This document shows, piece by piece, positions 46,071 to 59,045 of a stretch of DNA of 64,000 nt; the first letter of the stretch is position 1; every line of letters begins with the position of its first letter. This stretch comes from an uncultured Chloroflexia bacterium (GTDB lineage Bacteria > Chloroflexota > Anaerolineae > CG2-30-64-16), in the NCBI GenBank assembly GCA_963774265.1, contig CAVZDU010000002.1, positions 352,001 to 416,000 of the forward strand. The letters run 5' to 3'. The notes under the pieces were generated by a model. That model ran no database searches, was not told the origin of the DNA, and worked only from the letters and a program-made list of their open reading frames with translations. The position numbers and the translations under genes are program-made.

Positions 46071-48283
46071 ATGCACAACAAAGCGATGCTCGTGCTGCTA
46101 TCGTTGTGTCTCCTGCTGCTTGCTGCGAGCCTGTGGGCCTGCAGCCCGGCCCCGATCATCCCTACCGCGCCGACACCGGCGCCCCGGTCGACCGAGCCGC
46201 CTGCCGCACCCACGCCCGAGGCTGCCGTGCAAGACGAATGGAGCCGGGTCCAGGCCGCGGGCGTGCTCCGCGTCGGCTGTCCGCTGGACAACCCGCCCTT
46301 CAACATGTACAACGCCGATTTCCAGCCTGACGGCTTTGACGTGGCCCTGATGACCGAGGTCGCTCAGCGGCTGGGGCTCAAGGTCGAGTTCAACGATTTC
46401 GCCTTCGATGGCCTGCTCGGTGCACTGCAATTGGGACGGGTCGATGCGGTGATCGCGGCGATGGCCGTTACGGACGAACGCCGGGCGGTCGTGGACTTCA
46501 CGAGTTCGTACTACCAGGGCGAAGACGTCATTCTGGCCGCGGCCAACTCGATGATCACGGCCGTTGCCGGCCGGGCTGACCTGGCACAGCGCCGGGTCGG
46601 CGTGCAGCGCGGCACCGTGTACGAAAGCTGGCTGCTCCGCAACATGGTGCAGACCGGCGAAATGCCGGCCGCGAACCTGCAGGCGTACTCTCAGCCCGCG
46701 GATGCGCTGGCCGCCCTTGCCGCGCGGCGCATCGAACTGGTCATCATGGATCGCGTGCCCGGCCTCCAGCAGGTGGCGCAGGGCAAAGCGAAGCCGGTGG
46801 GCAAAAGCCTGTACGTCCAGGATTTCGCGATCGCGACGCAGAGGGGCTCAGCCCTGACGCCGCAGCTGAACCGGGCGCTGGCCAGGGTCCTGGCCGACGG
46901 AACCGCCGCCCGGCTGGCCGAGAGCTATCTGCAGATCCCGGAGGATCAGTACACCCCGGTCCCACCGTCGCCTACCGATGAGCCGCAGCCCACGGCGGCT
47001 CCGACCGCGAAGCGGCTCCGACCGCGGCCCCCTCTCCCCCGCCTGCACTCATCGATGACATGGCCTGGGAGGATGACCTTTCTTACGACGACGAGGCCGG
47101 AGCGCCCGTCGTGCAGCCCGGCCAGGCGCTTCAAAAAGGCTGGCGCATCAGCAACAGCGGAACCACTACGTGGAGCGCGGACTACCGGTTCGTCTACGCC
47201 AATGGCAACTCACCGGTTTCGAACATGGGGGGCATGCCGGTCATGATCGGCCAGGCCGTCCCGCCCGGCCAGATGATCGACATTTACGTCGACCTCATCG
47301 CGCCGCAAGCGCCCGGCGTGTACCAGGGCTTCTGGCAGATGAAAAGCGCGGCCGGCAAGGGCTTTGGCGAGAAGGTGTGGATCAAGGTGCGGGTGCCCGC
47401 ACCGCCCACGGCTGTCCCGCCTCCCACCGCCGTCCCCGCGACAGGCATCTCTTTCACGGCCGACCGCTACCAGATCACGGCCGGGGAATCCGTCTGGCTC
47501 AATTGGAACGTGACGGGCGTTCAGAGCGTGTGGTTCTGCACCCCGCCCGGTCCCACATGCAGGGGCGTGGCGGGGCAGAGCCGGGAAAACGTGTGGCCCT
47601 CTGCGACCACGACCTATGTGCTGCGCGTGCAGCACATGGACGGCCGGACCCAGGAGGTGCCATTGACGATTACGGTGGGGCCGCCGGCAAACGCACCGAC
47701 CATCGTCGACTTCAACGCCGAGCGCTTAAACATCCGCGCGGGCGAGAGCCTGAATCTGTGGTGGAAGGTGCAGGGCAATGCCAGCCGGATCGCGCTGGTT
47801 CGCAATGGACACGCGCTCCGGGATTACGCCCTCTCGGAGGAGGGCCACCTGGACCAGCCGCCCGGCACTGGCCAGGTCATCTATGAACTCCAGGTGTGGG
47901 GACCGGGCGGCGGCGAGCCGGTGGCCAGACGCCAGATAGGCGTTATGATCGAGGCGGCGCCAGCGCCACCGCAGCCGGTCACCGTAGACGTCTACGGCTG
48001 CGGGGACGGCAAGAACTTACACCCCGGCGACACTTTGAGGGTCCACCTCGAGTCCGCAGGAGGAACGGGCTACGAGTGGGACCTGAAAGAAGTCGATCCG
48101 AACGTGCTCGTGCCCAGGGGGATTGATCGGCAGGAGGCAGGTGGGCTGGGCGGACCGGTCGTCTATACCTTCTCCTACCTGGCACAGCGAGGCACGACGA
48201 CGGTGGTTCTGGTCTTGTACCGCCCTTCCGAGGGCCCTCAGTTGGCAATCGAGACGTGCTACATCCCGGTGAATGTGCAATAG
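46071..48283 (+). CDS. Lipoprotein: family-3 solute-binding domain + NBR1-like Ig + Ig-like repeats + chagasin/I42-like domain (frameshift near 47040)
   Basis: Lipobox LWA-C; PPF...GFDV, FDGLL.AL..GRVD, TDER...VDFT; K.WRI.N.G...W...PG.YQG.WQM; GTGYEW...YRPSE. Confidence 0.75.
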
Positions 48284-48381
48284 CGCACGGGTCCACGTAG
48301 GAGCAACCCAATGGCAGGGGCGGGTCGTGCAATGCGACCCGCCCGACCAGGAGTCAGGCAGGTCCATCGAGGAGGAACACC

Positions 48382-50826
48382 ATGAAGATCTCACGTCGGA
48401 ACTTTGTGAAGGGGTGGGCGGCCGCCACCGCAGCGCTTGCGACGGGAGGTAGCGTGGGGCAGCCGGCACAGGCAGCACCCGGCGAGGCGCCCAAAAAGCC
48501 GGGCGGGCGGGAAATCCTGCCCATGCCCGACATACAGCAGCCATACCCCTCAGCCTTGTACGGCAAGGATGTGGCGCCCCAACCGGCGAAGCCACTGCGC
48601 CCACCGGAGGGCGCGCCGAACGTCGTCATCATCCTGATCGACGACATGGGCTTTGGCGCCCCGAGCGCCTTCGGCGGCCCGATCAACATGCCCACCCTGG
48701 AACGCGTGGCGGCCGAGGGCCTGACGTACAATCGCTTTCACACCACCGCGCTCTGCTCGCCGACGCGCCAGGCGCTGCTCACCGGGCGCAACCATCACTC
48801 GGTCGGCATGGGCAGCATCACCGAGACGGCCACCACCGCGCCCGGCTACAACTCGATGCGCCCCAACAGCGCGGCCACCATCGCCGAGACGCTGCGGCTG
48901 AACGGCTACAACACGGCCGCCTACGGCAAGATGCACCAGACGCCGGTCTGGGAGGTCAGCCCCTCCGGTCCGTTCGACCACTGGCCGACCGGCGAGGGCT
49001 TCGAGAAGTTCTACGGCTTCGTCGGCGCCGAGACCAACCAGTGGGCGCCGACCCTCTTCGACGGCACCACCCCGGTCGAGCCGCCGGACGACCCGGAGTA
49101 TCACCTGACGCCGGACCTGGTGAACCACGCCATCGCCTGGGTGCAGGCGCAGCAGGCGCTGACGCCCGACAAGCCCTTCTTCGTCTATCTCTCGTTCGGC
49201 GCCACCCATGCGCCGCATCACGTGCCCAAGGAGTGCAGCGACAAGTACGCCGGCAAGTTCGACCAGGGCTGGGATGCGGTGCGCGAGACGACGCTGGCCA
49301 ACCAGAAGAAGCTGGGCGTCGTGCCGCAGGACGCGCAACTGACGCCCCGTTCGGATGGGATCCCGGCCTGGACGGAGCTGACCGCCGACGAGAAGCGCCT
49401 GGCCACCCGCCTGATGGAGGTCTATGCCGGCTTCGCCGAGCACACCGACGAGTACGCCGGGCGGTTCCTGGACGCGCTGCAGGCGATGGACGTGCTGGAC
49501 AACACCCTCGTCTTGTTCATCGCCGGCGACAACGGCGCCAGCGCCGAGGGTCTGCGAACGGGCACGTACAACGAAATGCTCACGATCAACTATGTGCCGG
49601 ATACGGTGGAGAACACATTGGCCCACCTCGACGACCTCGGCACCGTCAAGTCCTACAACCACTATCCGGCGGGCTGGGCGCATGCCATGAACTGCCCTTA
49701 CCAGTGGACGAAGCAGATCGCCTCGCACTGGGGCGGCACGCGCAACGGCATGGCCGTGCGCTGGCCCAAGGGCATCAAGGCCAAGGGCCAGGTGCGCAGC
49801 CAGTTCCACCACGTGATCGACATCGCGCCCACCATCCTCGAGTGTGCCGGGCTGCCCGAGCCGGTGATGGTGCACGGCGTGACCCAGAAGCCGATCGAGG
49901 GCGTCAGCATGGCCTACACCTTCGACGACGCCAAGGCGCCCGACCGCCACGTCACGCAGTACTTCGAGATGTTCGGCAACCGGGGCATCTACCACCAGGG
50001 TTGGAGCGCGGTGGTGCAGCACCACAGCTCGTTCGCGAGAGATACACGCACGTGGGCTGACGATCGCTGGGAGCTGTACGACGGCAACACCGATTGGACC
50101 CAGGCCGTGGACGTGGCGGCCAAGCACCCCGAGAAGCTGGCGGAGTTGAAGGATCTATTCCTGATCGAGGCCGGCAAGTACAACGTCTTCCCGCTGGACG
50201 ACCGCCGCACCGAGCTTACCAATCCCGAGCTCGCCGGGCGGCCGGACCTGCTGGGCGGGCGCACCTCGATGACGTTCTACACCGGCATGGGCCAACTGAT
50301 GGAGAATACCGTCCCTAACGTCAAGAACAAATCGCACACGATCACCGCTGACCTGGAGGCGCCGGCAAACGCCAACGGCGTAATCGTGGCGCAGGGCGGC
50401 CGCTTCGGCGGCTGGACGCTGTACGTGAAGGACGGCATTCTCAAGTACTGCCACAACTACGTGGGGATCGCCGAATACCCGGTCGTCGCGTCCGAGCCGC
50501 TGCCCGCCGGCCGGGTGACCGTGCAGTACAAGTTCACCTACGAGGGCGGTGCAAAGACGGGTGGGGGCGGTACGGGCGCCCTGTACGTGGGCAAAAAGAA
50601 GGTGGGCGAGGGCCGCATCGAGAAGACGGTTCCCTTCACGTTCTCATTCGACGAGACGCTGGACGTTGGGCGCGACCCGGCCACGCCGGTCACCGAAGAC
50701 TACCCGGCGCGCGACAACGACTTCAACGGCAAGATCTATTCGGTGACCGTCGACATCGGCAAGGACGCAGTGGCGTACTACGAGCCGCCGGAGAACATCT
50801 ACAACCGCCTGATGGCGAACCAGTAA
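48382..50826 (+). CDS. Tat-exported Cys-type (formylglycine) arylsulfatase
   Basis: SRRNFVK Tat motif, PNVVIILIDDMG, CSPTR.ALLTG, GKMH, GDNG; C-terminal beta-sandwich domain. Confidence 0.94.
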   Translation: MKISRRNFVKGWAAATAALATGGSVGQPAQAAPGEAPKKPGGREILPMPDIQQPYPSALYGKDVAPQPAKPLRPPEGAPNVVIILIDDMGFGAPSAFGGPINMPTLERVAAEGLTYNRFHTTALCSPTRQALLTGRNHHSVGMGSITETATTAPGYNSMRPNSAATIAETLRLNGYNTAAYGKMHQTPVWEVSPSGPFDHWPTGEGFEKFYGFVGAETNQWAPTLFDGTTPVEPPDDPEYHLTPDLVNHAIAWVQAQQALTPDKPFFVYLSFGATHAPHHVPKECSDKYAGKFDQGWDAVRETTLANQKKLGVVPQDAQLTPRSDGIPAWTELTADEKRLATRLMEVYAGFAEHTDEYAGRFLDALQAMDVLDNTLVLFIAGDNGASAEGLRTGTYNEMLTINYVPDTVENTLAHLDDLGTVKSYNHYPAGWAHAMNCPYQWTKQIASHWGGTRNGMAVRWPKGIKAKGQVRSQFHHVIDIAPTILECAGLPEPVMVHGVTQKPIEGVSMAYTFDDAKAPDRHVTQYFEMFGNRGIYHQGWSAVVQHHSSFARDTRTWADDRWELYDGNTDWTQAVDVAAKHPEKLAELKDLFLIEAGKYNVFPLDDRRTELTNPELAGRPDLLGGRTSMTFYTGMGQLMENTVPNVKNKSHTITADLEAPANANGVIVAQGGRFGGWTLYVKDGILKYCHNYVGIAEYPVVASEPLPAGRVTVQYKFTYEGGAKTGGGGTGALYVGKKKVGEGRIEKTVPFTFSFDETLDVGRDPATPVTEDYPARDNDFNGKIYSVTVDIGKDAVAYYEPPENIYNRLMANQ

Positions 50827-50848
50827 GGGACGGCGCAGGAGCAGACCG

Positions 50849-52342
50849 ATGACCGCACCGGCCGCAAACGGTCCGCATAAGGGTAAGGGCGGGGCTTGCC
50901 CCCGCCCGGTAGTTGGCTCGCGCCCAGGAGAAACGTGGCAGGGGCAAGCCCTGCCACTACCACAGGTGCGATCACCGGCACATGCGGCAGATTATGAGGA
51001 GGCGACGGGGCAGGGGCAAGCCCTGCCCCTACAGGACGCGCCCCCCTACTTCCACGTGTTGACCAAACCCACGGGGTCCGCCTGCAATCTCGCCTGCAAG
51101 TACTGCTTCTCCCTGGCCAAGGAGGCATTCTATCCCGGCAGCCGTTTCCGCATGAGCGACGAGCTGCTCCAGACCTATATCCGCCAGTATCTCGAGGCGC
51201 AGCGCACCGACCAGGCGACCATCGCATGGCAGGGCGGCGAGCCCACCCTCATGGGGCTCGATTTCTACCGGCGCGCGGCGGGCTACGCTGCCCAATACGC
51301 GCGGCCGGGCATGCAGATCGAGCACACCATCCAGACCAACGGCACACTGCTGAACGACGACTGGTGCGCGTTCTTCCGCGAGCACAACTTCCTGGTGGGA
51401 CTGAGCATCGACGGGCCGCGGCCGCTGCACGACGCGTATCGCGTGGACAAAGGAGGCGGACCTACCTTCGACCGGGTGCTGGCCGCGGCCCGGCTGCTCC
51501 AGAAGCACGGGGTCGACTTCAACATCCTCACGACGGTCCATGCCGCCAATGCCGATCACCCGCTGGACGTCTACCGCTTCATGCGCGACGAGTTGGGCGT
51601 CCAGTGGGTGCAGTTCATCCCCATCGTCGAGCGCGTCAACTCGGACGGCCGCACGCTCCTGCAGGAGGGGCGCACCGTCACCGAGCGCTCGGTCACGGCG
51701 GAGCAGTGGGGGCGCTTCCTGATCGCCATCTTCAACGAGTGGGTGCGCCGCGACGTGGGCAACATGTATCTGCCCCTGTTCGAGGCCAGCCTGGCATCGT
51801 GGCTGGGGGGACCCGCGTCGCTGTGCATCTTCAGCGAGACGTGCGGCGATGCCCTGGCGGTCGAGCACAACGGCGATGTCTATCCCTGCGATCATTTCGT
51901 GGAGCCGAATTATCTACTTGGCAATATCCAGGAACGCCACCTAGTCGAGCTGGTCGCCTCGGACCGGCAGCGCGGGTTCGGTGCAGCGAAGCGGGACACC
52001 CTGCCAGCCACCTGCCGCGAATGCCAGGTGCGCTTCGCGTGTCATGGCGAATGCCCCAAGAACCGTTTCATCGAGACGCCGGACGGCGAGCCTGGCCTGA
52101 ACTACCTGTGTGCGGGTTATAAGGCCTTTTTCACCCATATCGACCGGCCGATGCGCATCATGGCGCAGTTGTACCGCGCGAGCCGTTCGCCCGCAGAAAT
52201 CATACCCATGCTTGCCGACTGGGATGCCAGGCTGCAAGCAGCGTTCGCTGGGGCGAATCGAAACGATCCCTGCCCCTGCGGCAGCGGGAGGAAGTTCAAG
52301 CACTGCCACGGAGCCAGTACAGCAGCCAGCAAGACACGCTGA
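50849..52342 (+). CDS. Anaerobic sulfatase-maturating radical SAM/SPASM enzyme with C-terminal SEC-C motif
   Basis: CNLACKYC, WQGGEP, QTNG, SIDG, SPASM cysteines, RNDPCPCGSGRKFKHCHG. Confidence 0.94.
   Translation: MTAPAANGPHKGKGGACPRPVVGSRPGETWQGQALPLPQVRSPAHAADYEEATGQGQALPLQDAPPYFHVLTKPTGSACNLACKYCFSLAKEAFYPGSRFRMSDELLQTYIRQYLEAQRTDQATIAWQGGEPTLMGLDFYRRAAGYAAQYARPGMQIEHTIQTNGTLLNDDWCAFFREHNFLVGLSIDGPRPLHDAYRVDKGGGPTFDRVLAAARLLQKHGVDFNILTTVHAANADHPLDVYRFMRDELGVQWVQFIPIVERVNSDGRTLLQEGRTVTERSVTAEQWGRFLIAIFNEWVRRDVGNMYLPLFEASLASWLGGPASLCIFSETCGDALAVEHNGDVYPCDHFVEPNYLLGNIQERHLVELVASDRQRGFGAAKRDTLPATCRECQVRFACHGECPKNRFIETPDGEPGLNYLCAGYKAFFTHIDRPMRIMAQLYRASRSPAEIIPMLADWDARLQAAFAGANRNDPCPCGSGRKFKHCHGASTAASKTR
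50883..51032. repeat. Three GTAG-type REP elements (one forward, two reverse) inside the maturase N-terminus
   Basis: Related to GTAGGGGCAGGGCTTGCCCCTGCCC, at 50883-50907 (+), 50937-50960 (-) and 51008-51032 (-). Confidence 0.75.
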
Positions 52343-52457
52343 ATAACAGGAATTCAGGCCAAGACACGTGGTGCGACGACCATGCAAGGAGCGCCGCACC
52401 ATGTGCAGGGGCGATCAGCCGGTCGCCCCACCATTCATGGAGATCGGAGCAAGCACC

Positions 52458-54750
<2,293 letters not shown>

Positions 54751-54820
54751 CGAGGACCATCGGAGACGTGCGCATATCGATCATCACGCTAAATAGATCT
54801 CAGAAGAGAGAGATAATCAA

Positions 54821-56458
54821 ATGACTAACTTCAACGAATCAGAACACAGCAGTCTGACGAGGCGTGAGGCGCTGAAGCTCGCGGGCATGGCCGCAGGCGG
54901 CTTGGCCATCGGGAGCGCCATGGCCGGCCCGGCATTGGGCAACGCCCACGCAAACACATGCGAAGACGCTGCGTGCGTCTGCCCCGACGGGCCTACCTGC
55001 AAATGGGACCATCCCGTCAGATCGCAGCGGTACACCTACTTCGAACAGCTTCCCCCGTTCTACCCCTTCAGAGATCCCCCGGCCACGAAGGTCCCGCTGA
55101 ACTCGACCATCCCGCTTCTGGGCAAGGACGAGATGCGGATCACGTTCTTGGGATCCTCCATCCCCGGCAATCTACGCAAGAAACAGCAGATGATGAGCGT
55201 CTTTGTTGAGGTGGGCTGGGATGATGCGAGACAAACGCCCCTGGACAACTTCGTATTCGACTGCGGCTCCGGCGTGTGCACCAACTACAACGCCATGAAT
55301 GTCGGATTCGGCAGGATGAACAAGGTCTTCATTAACCATCTGCACGGCGACCACATGAGCGACCTGACGCACATCTACTGCTTCGGCCCTTCCGCAGACC
55401 GGCTGTCGCCACTGTACGTCTTCGGACCCAAGGCTTCCGGCGTGAAAGACCCGAAGTACCCGGGCAAGGTTCACGACGATGGCACCCGGGCCTTCTGTGA
55501 GCACCTCCGGGCCGCCTGCCGTTGGCACACGGAGAGCTTCAGCTTCCAGCAGACAAACTATACGCCCAAAGTGTCCGATCCCAGAACTCTCGTCCAGAAA
55601 TGGGGAGTGCCGTACGAACCCAAGCCTGTGGGGGATCCTGAGGCGCCCGATGATCCCAACGACAGCTACGCCCTGATCCCCATCGAACTCGACTGGGAGA
55701 AGGGCGGCATCGCCTATCACAACGAGGATACCGGCGTCAAGATCACCTACTTCAAGGTGATCCATGCCCGCAAGGGCTCCCTCGGCTACAAGCTCGAATG
55801 GACGCCTCCCGGCATCCCCGGCGCTAAAACCCTGTCCATGATCTACTCGAGCGACACCAAGCCCGAGGAGCTCTGCATTGAGAATGCCGTGAACGGGGGC
55901 AAGGGCGTAGACGTGTTCATTCACGAGATGATCGTGCCGGCCGAGGTATGGGCCATGAAGGCGGTCCACTTAACAGACCCCAGCCTGGTTCCTCCGTCTA
56001 CCGTCCAGCAGATCCAGATGGTTCAGAACAGCTCGCACACTCCCCAGGGAGCCTTCGGTTACCTCCTCAGCCAGATCGAACCCAAGCCGCGGCTCACCGC
56101 TGCCACCCACTTCCCGGCGTCCGACGACACGGTCGCATGCGCGCTGAAAAGCGTGGCGGAGCACTGCAACGTCGTTCAGGGCCGGGATCCGAAACCGAAG
56201 GAGAAAGCTGCCCGCATCACCTGGTCCTTCGACTGCATGGTGATCACCGTATCTAAGAATCGGATCCTCGAGCAAAGAGGCGTGGTCTCGGACTTCGAGT
56301 GGAATTTCATCCCCCAGCCGGTCCCGGGTGTGCGGAATCCGGCAAAGTACAGCAAGGATGGCGTTGGGGATCCATACGCACAGATCGACGAATCGACGGC
56401 GATACCGGCCTGCAATAGCGATACGGGAGAGTGCAACTACCGCGCGGACGGGTATTGA
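54821..56458 (+). CDS. Tat-exported metallo-beta-lactamase-fold hydrolase (RNase Z/AtsA/GntH-like)
   Basis: TRREALK Tat motif, MRITFLGS, FDCGSG, HLHGDH, IH.R, SSDT, FIHE, SHT, ATH. Confidence 0.82.
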   Translation: MTNFNESEHSSLTRREALKLAGMAAGGLAIGSAMAGPALGNAHANTCEDAACVCPDGPTCKWDHPVRSQRYTYFEQLPPFYPFRDPPATKVPLNSTIPLLGKDEMRITFLGSSIPGNLRKKQQMMSVFVEVGWDDARQTPLDNFVFDCGSGVCTNYNAMNVGFGRMNKVFINHLHGDHMSDLTHIYCFGPSADRLSPLYVFGPKASGVKDPKYPGKVHDDGTRAFCEHLRAACRWHTESFSFQQTNYTPKVSDPRTLVQKWGVPYEPKPVGDPEAPDDPNDSYALIPIELDWEKGGIAYHNEDTGVKITYFKVIHARKGSLGYKLEWTPPGIPGAKTLSMIYSSDTKPEELCIENAVNGGKGVDVFIHEMIVPAEVWAMKAVHLTDPSLVPPSTVQQIQMVQNSSHTPQGAFGYLLSQIEPKPRLTAATHFPASDDTVACALKSVAEHCNVVQGRDPKPKEKAARITWSFDCMVITVSKNRILEQRGVVSDFEWNFIPQPVPGVRNPAKYSKDGVGDPYAQIDESTAIPACNSDTGECNYRADGY

Positions 56459-56510
56459 TCGTCGCCGTCAGGGCGTCTTAATGCCCTGACGGCGCACCTG
56501 CATCCATGCA

Positions 56511-56553
56511 AGATCGGAGCAAGCACCATGAAACGACTGAATCTCACCCTGAC
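56511..56553 (+). repeat. 43-bp exact repeat covering RBS and signal-peptide start, copy 2
   Basis: Identical to 52441-52483. Confidence 0.92.
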
Positions 56554-59029
56554 GATACTGCTGTTCGCAGTGCTTCTGCCCGGTGCAGGCTGCCCCGTGT
56601 CAGCGGCGCGGCCGGCGGATGCACCGGCGGCCGCGGCCGGCCGCATCCCCCTGAAGGATGCGCTCGACACGCTGGAGCCCCGGGACGTGTGGCAGAACTT
56701 CTATGTCCTGACACAGATTCCGCGACCGTCGCAGCACGAGGAGCAGATCCGGGATTTCCTGGCAAAGTTCGGCCGGGACCTGGGCTTCGAAACCATGATC
56801 GACGACGTGGGCAACGTGATCATCCGGAAGCCGGCGGCCAGAGGCATGGAGCGCCGCCAGGGTGTGATCCTGCAGGCCCACATGGACATGGTGCCCCAGC
56901 AGACCCCTGAGAGCACCCATGACTTCCTGACCGACCCGATCGATGCCTACGTCGAGGGCGACTGGGTGGTGGCCGACGGCACGACCCTGGGCGCGGACGA
57001 CGGCAGCGGCTTGGCCATTGCGATGGCCATCCTGCAGTCGAAGACACTCTCCCTGGGTCCGATCGAGGCGCTGTTCACCGTCAATGAAGAAGCGGGGATG
57101 GACGGCGCGATGGGCCTGCAAGCGGGCGTGCTGCAGGGCAGCATCCTGATCAACCTGGACTCGGAGAACGAAGGGGAGTTCACCATCGGCAGCGCCGGGG
57201 GCGAGTCTGGCACGGTCCTGTCCACGTATGCGGAGTCGACGGCGCCGGCCGGGATGTCCGCATATACGCTGAGTGTCCGCGGCCTCAAGGGCGGCCATTC
57301 CGGCGTGGACATCGACCGGGGCCGCGGTCACGCGGCCAGGCTGCTGGCGCGCTTCCTCAAGGAAGCCGCCGGCAAGTACGGAGTGCGGGTGGCCCGGATC
57401 GCCAGCGGGACCGCGGGCAATGCCATCCCGCGCGATGCATCGGCACTCATGGTCGTGCCTGCCGGCCAGGTCGATGCATTCCTGAAGAGCGTGCAGGGGT
57501 ACGAAGCGATCGTCAAGAGCGAGCTGGCGGCGACCGAACCCGATCTCAGCGTGCAGGCCGAACCTGCCGGCGATGGTGCGCCTGCCAGGGTCATGGAAGA
57601 GAAAGCCCAGCGGACGCTGATCAATGCCCTGTACGGCGCCCCGCAGGGGGTGATGCGCATGAGCGATGCAGTGCCTGGCCTCGTCGAGACCTCCACCAAC
57701 ATGGGGATCGTCAATATCGGGGATGGGCAGGTGGAGGTCAGATACTACTTGCGCAGCTCAGTGGACTCGGCGCTGGAGGATCTGGGCCAGATGATCGCCA
57801 GCGTGTGGGATCTGGCAGGCGTCGAGGTTACCTTCAGCGGGGGCTATTCCGGGTGGAATCCAAATCCAAACTCGCCGATCCTTCTCCTGATGCAGGGTGT
57901 CTATCAGGAGCTGTACGGCAAGGACCCGAAGGTTTCTGCCGTCCACGCCGGACTGGAATGCGGCACGATCGTCAGCAAATATCCGGGCATGGACGCGATT
58001 TCCATCGGCCCGACCCTGCAGGATGTGCACACGCCGAGCGAAAGGATGGAGGTCGCCAGCGTCAAGAAGCTGTACGACCTGTTGCTCGAAACCCTCTCAC
58101 AGATACCTGAGACGTCCGCGGCCATTGACCCGCTGCCCTCCTGGAACCCTGGTCCGGCGAAGGACGCGATCCTGAAGTTCGTTGCGGATGTGGCCGACCC
58201 CACCGGCCCATCCTACGTCCCGCCGGCCGAGCGCATCGCGGTCACCGATAACGATGGCACGCTGTGGACCGAGAAGCCAATACCCAGCCAGGCAGCCTTC
58301 CTGTTCGCCCGCATCGCGGCGATGGCGCCCGACCATCCCGAGTGGAAGACGACCCAGCCGTACCAGGCTGTCCTGGAAGCCGACAGCAAGGCCCTTGCGG
58401 GCCTGGGGATGGAAGATGTCGAGAAGCTCCTCTTAGCGACCCACGCAGGCATGACCGAAGAGGAGTTCGAGGCGACCGCCAAGGCATTTCTGGACACGGC
58501 AAGGCATCCACGCTTCGGCGTGCCCTACACGGAGACGGTCTACCAGCCCATGCTCGAGTTATTGGCGCTCCTTCGGGCTAATGATTTCAAGACGTTCATC
58601 GTATCGGGCGGCGGCGTCGAGTTCATGCGCGTCTTCTCCGAGGAGGTCTACGGCATCCCGCGCGAGAACGTGATCGGCAGCAGCCTGCAATACAAGTTCC
58701 AACTGACGCCGGAGGGAAGCGTCCTGGTCCGCCAGCCGGAGCTGGTCTCCCTGGACGACCGGCAAATGAAGCCGGTCAATATCCAGCTCCACATCGGCCG
58801 CAGGCCGATCATGGCCATCGGCAACTCGGACGGCGACCTGGCGATGTTCCAGTATACCGCCAGTCGTAAAGGACCGTACCTGAACCTGCTGGTCGTCCAC
58901 GACGATGCCGAACGCGAGTACGAGGTGTTGACCGGGACCGATGCGATGATGGCCGCGGCCGCGCAAAGCCCGTGGGTGTTCGCCAGCATGAAGCGGGATT
59001 TCAAGATCGTGTTTCCGATCGGGAAATGA
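56528..59029 (+). CDS. Signal peptide + PepD-like M20C dipeptidase fused to a HAD-family phosphatase
   Basis: IPRPS..E, LQAHMDMV, GTTLGADDG, NEEAG, NLDSE, GGHSG, HAGLECG, HTPSE; then DPLPSW, DNDGTLW, VSGG, GNSDGD, HDDAEREY. Confidence 0.88.
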   Translation: MKRLNLTLTILLFAVLLPGAGCPVSAARPADAPAAAAGRIPLKDALDTLEPRDVWQNFYVLTQIPRPSQHEEQIRDFLAKFGRDLGFETMIDDVGNVIIRKPAARGMERRQGVILQAHMDMVPQQTPESTHDFLTDPIDAYVEGDWVVADGTTLGADDGSGLAIAMAILQSKTLSLGPIEALFTVNEEAGMDGAMGLQAGVLQGSILINLDSENEGEFTIGSAGGESGTVLSTYAESTAPAGMSAYTLSVRGLKGGHSGVDIDRGRGHAARLLARFLKEAAGKYGVRVARIASGTAGNAIPRDASALMVVPAGQVDAFLKSVQGYEAIVKSELAATEPDLSVQAEPAGDGAPARVMEEKAQRTLINALYGAPQGVMRMSDAVPGLVETSTNMGIVNIGDGQVEVRYYLRSSVDSALEDLGQMIASVWDLAGVEVTFSGGYSGWNPNPNSPILLLMQGVYQELYGKDPKVSAVHAGLECGTIVSKYPGMDAISIGPTLQDVHTPSERMEVASVKKLYDLLLETLSQIPETSAAIDPLPSWNPGPAKDAILKFVADVADPTGPSYVPPAERIAVTDNDGTLWTEKPIPSQAAFLFARIAAMAPDHPEWKTTQPYQAVLEADSKALAGLGMEDVEKLLLATHAGMTEEEFEATAKAFLDTARHPRFGVPYTETVYQPMLELLALLRANDFKTFIVSGGGVEFMRVFSEEVYGIPRENVIGSSLQYKFQLTPEGSVLVRQPELVSLDDRQMKPVNIQLHIGRRPIMAIGNSDGDLAMFQYTASRKGPYLNLLVVHDDAEREYEVLTGTDAMMAAAAQSPWVFASMKRDFKIVFPIGK

Positions 59030-59045
59030 AAGCGCAGGTCAGGCT

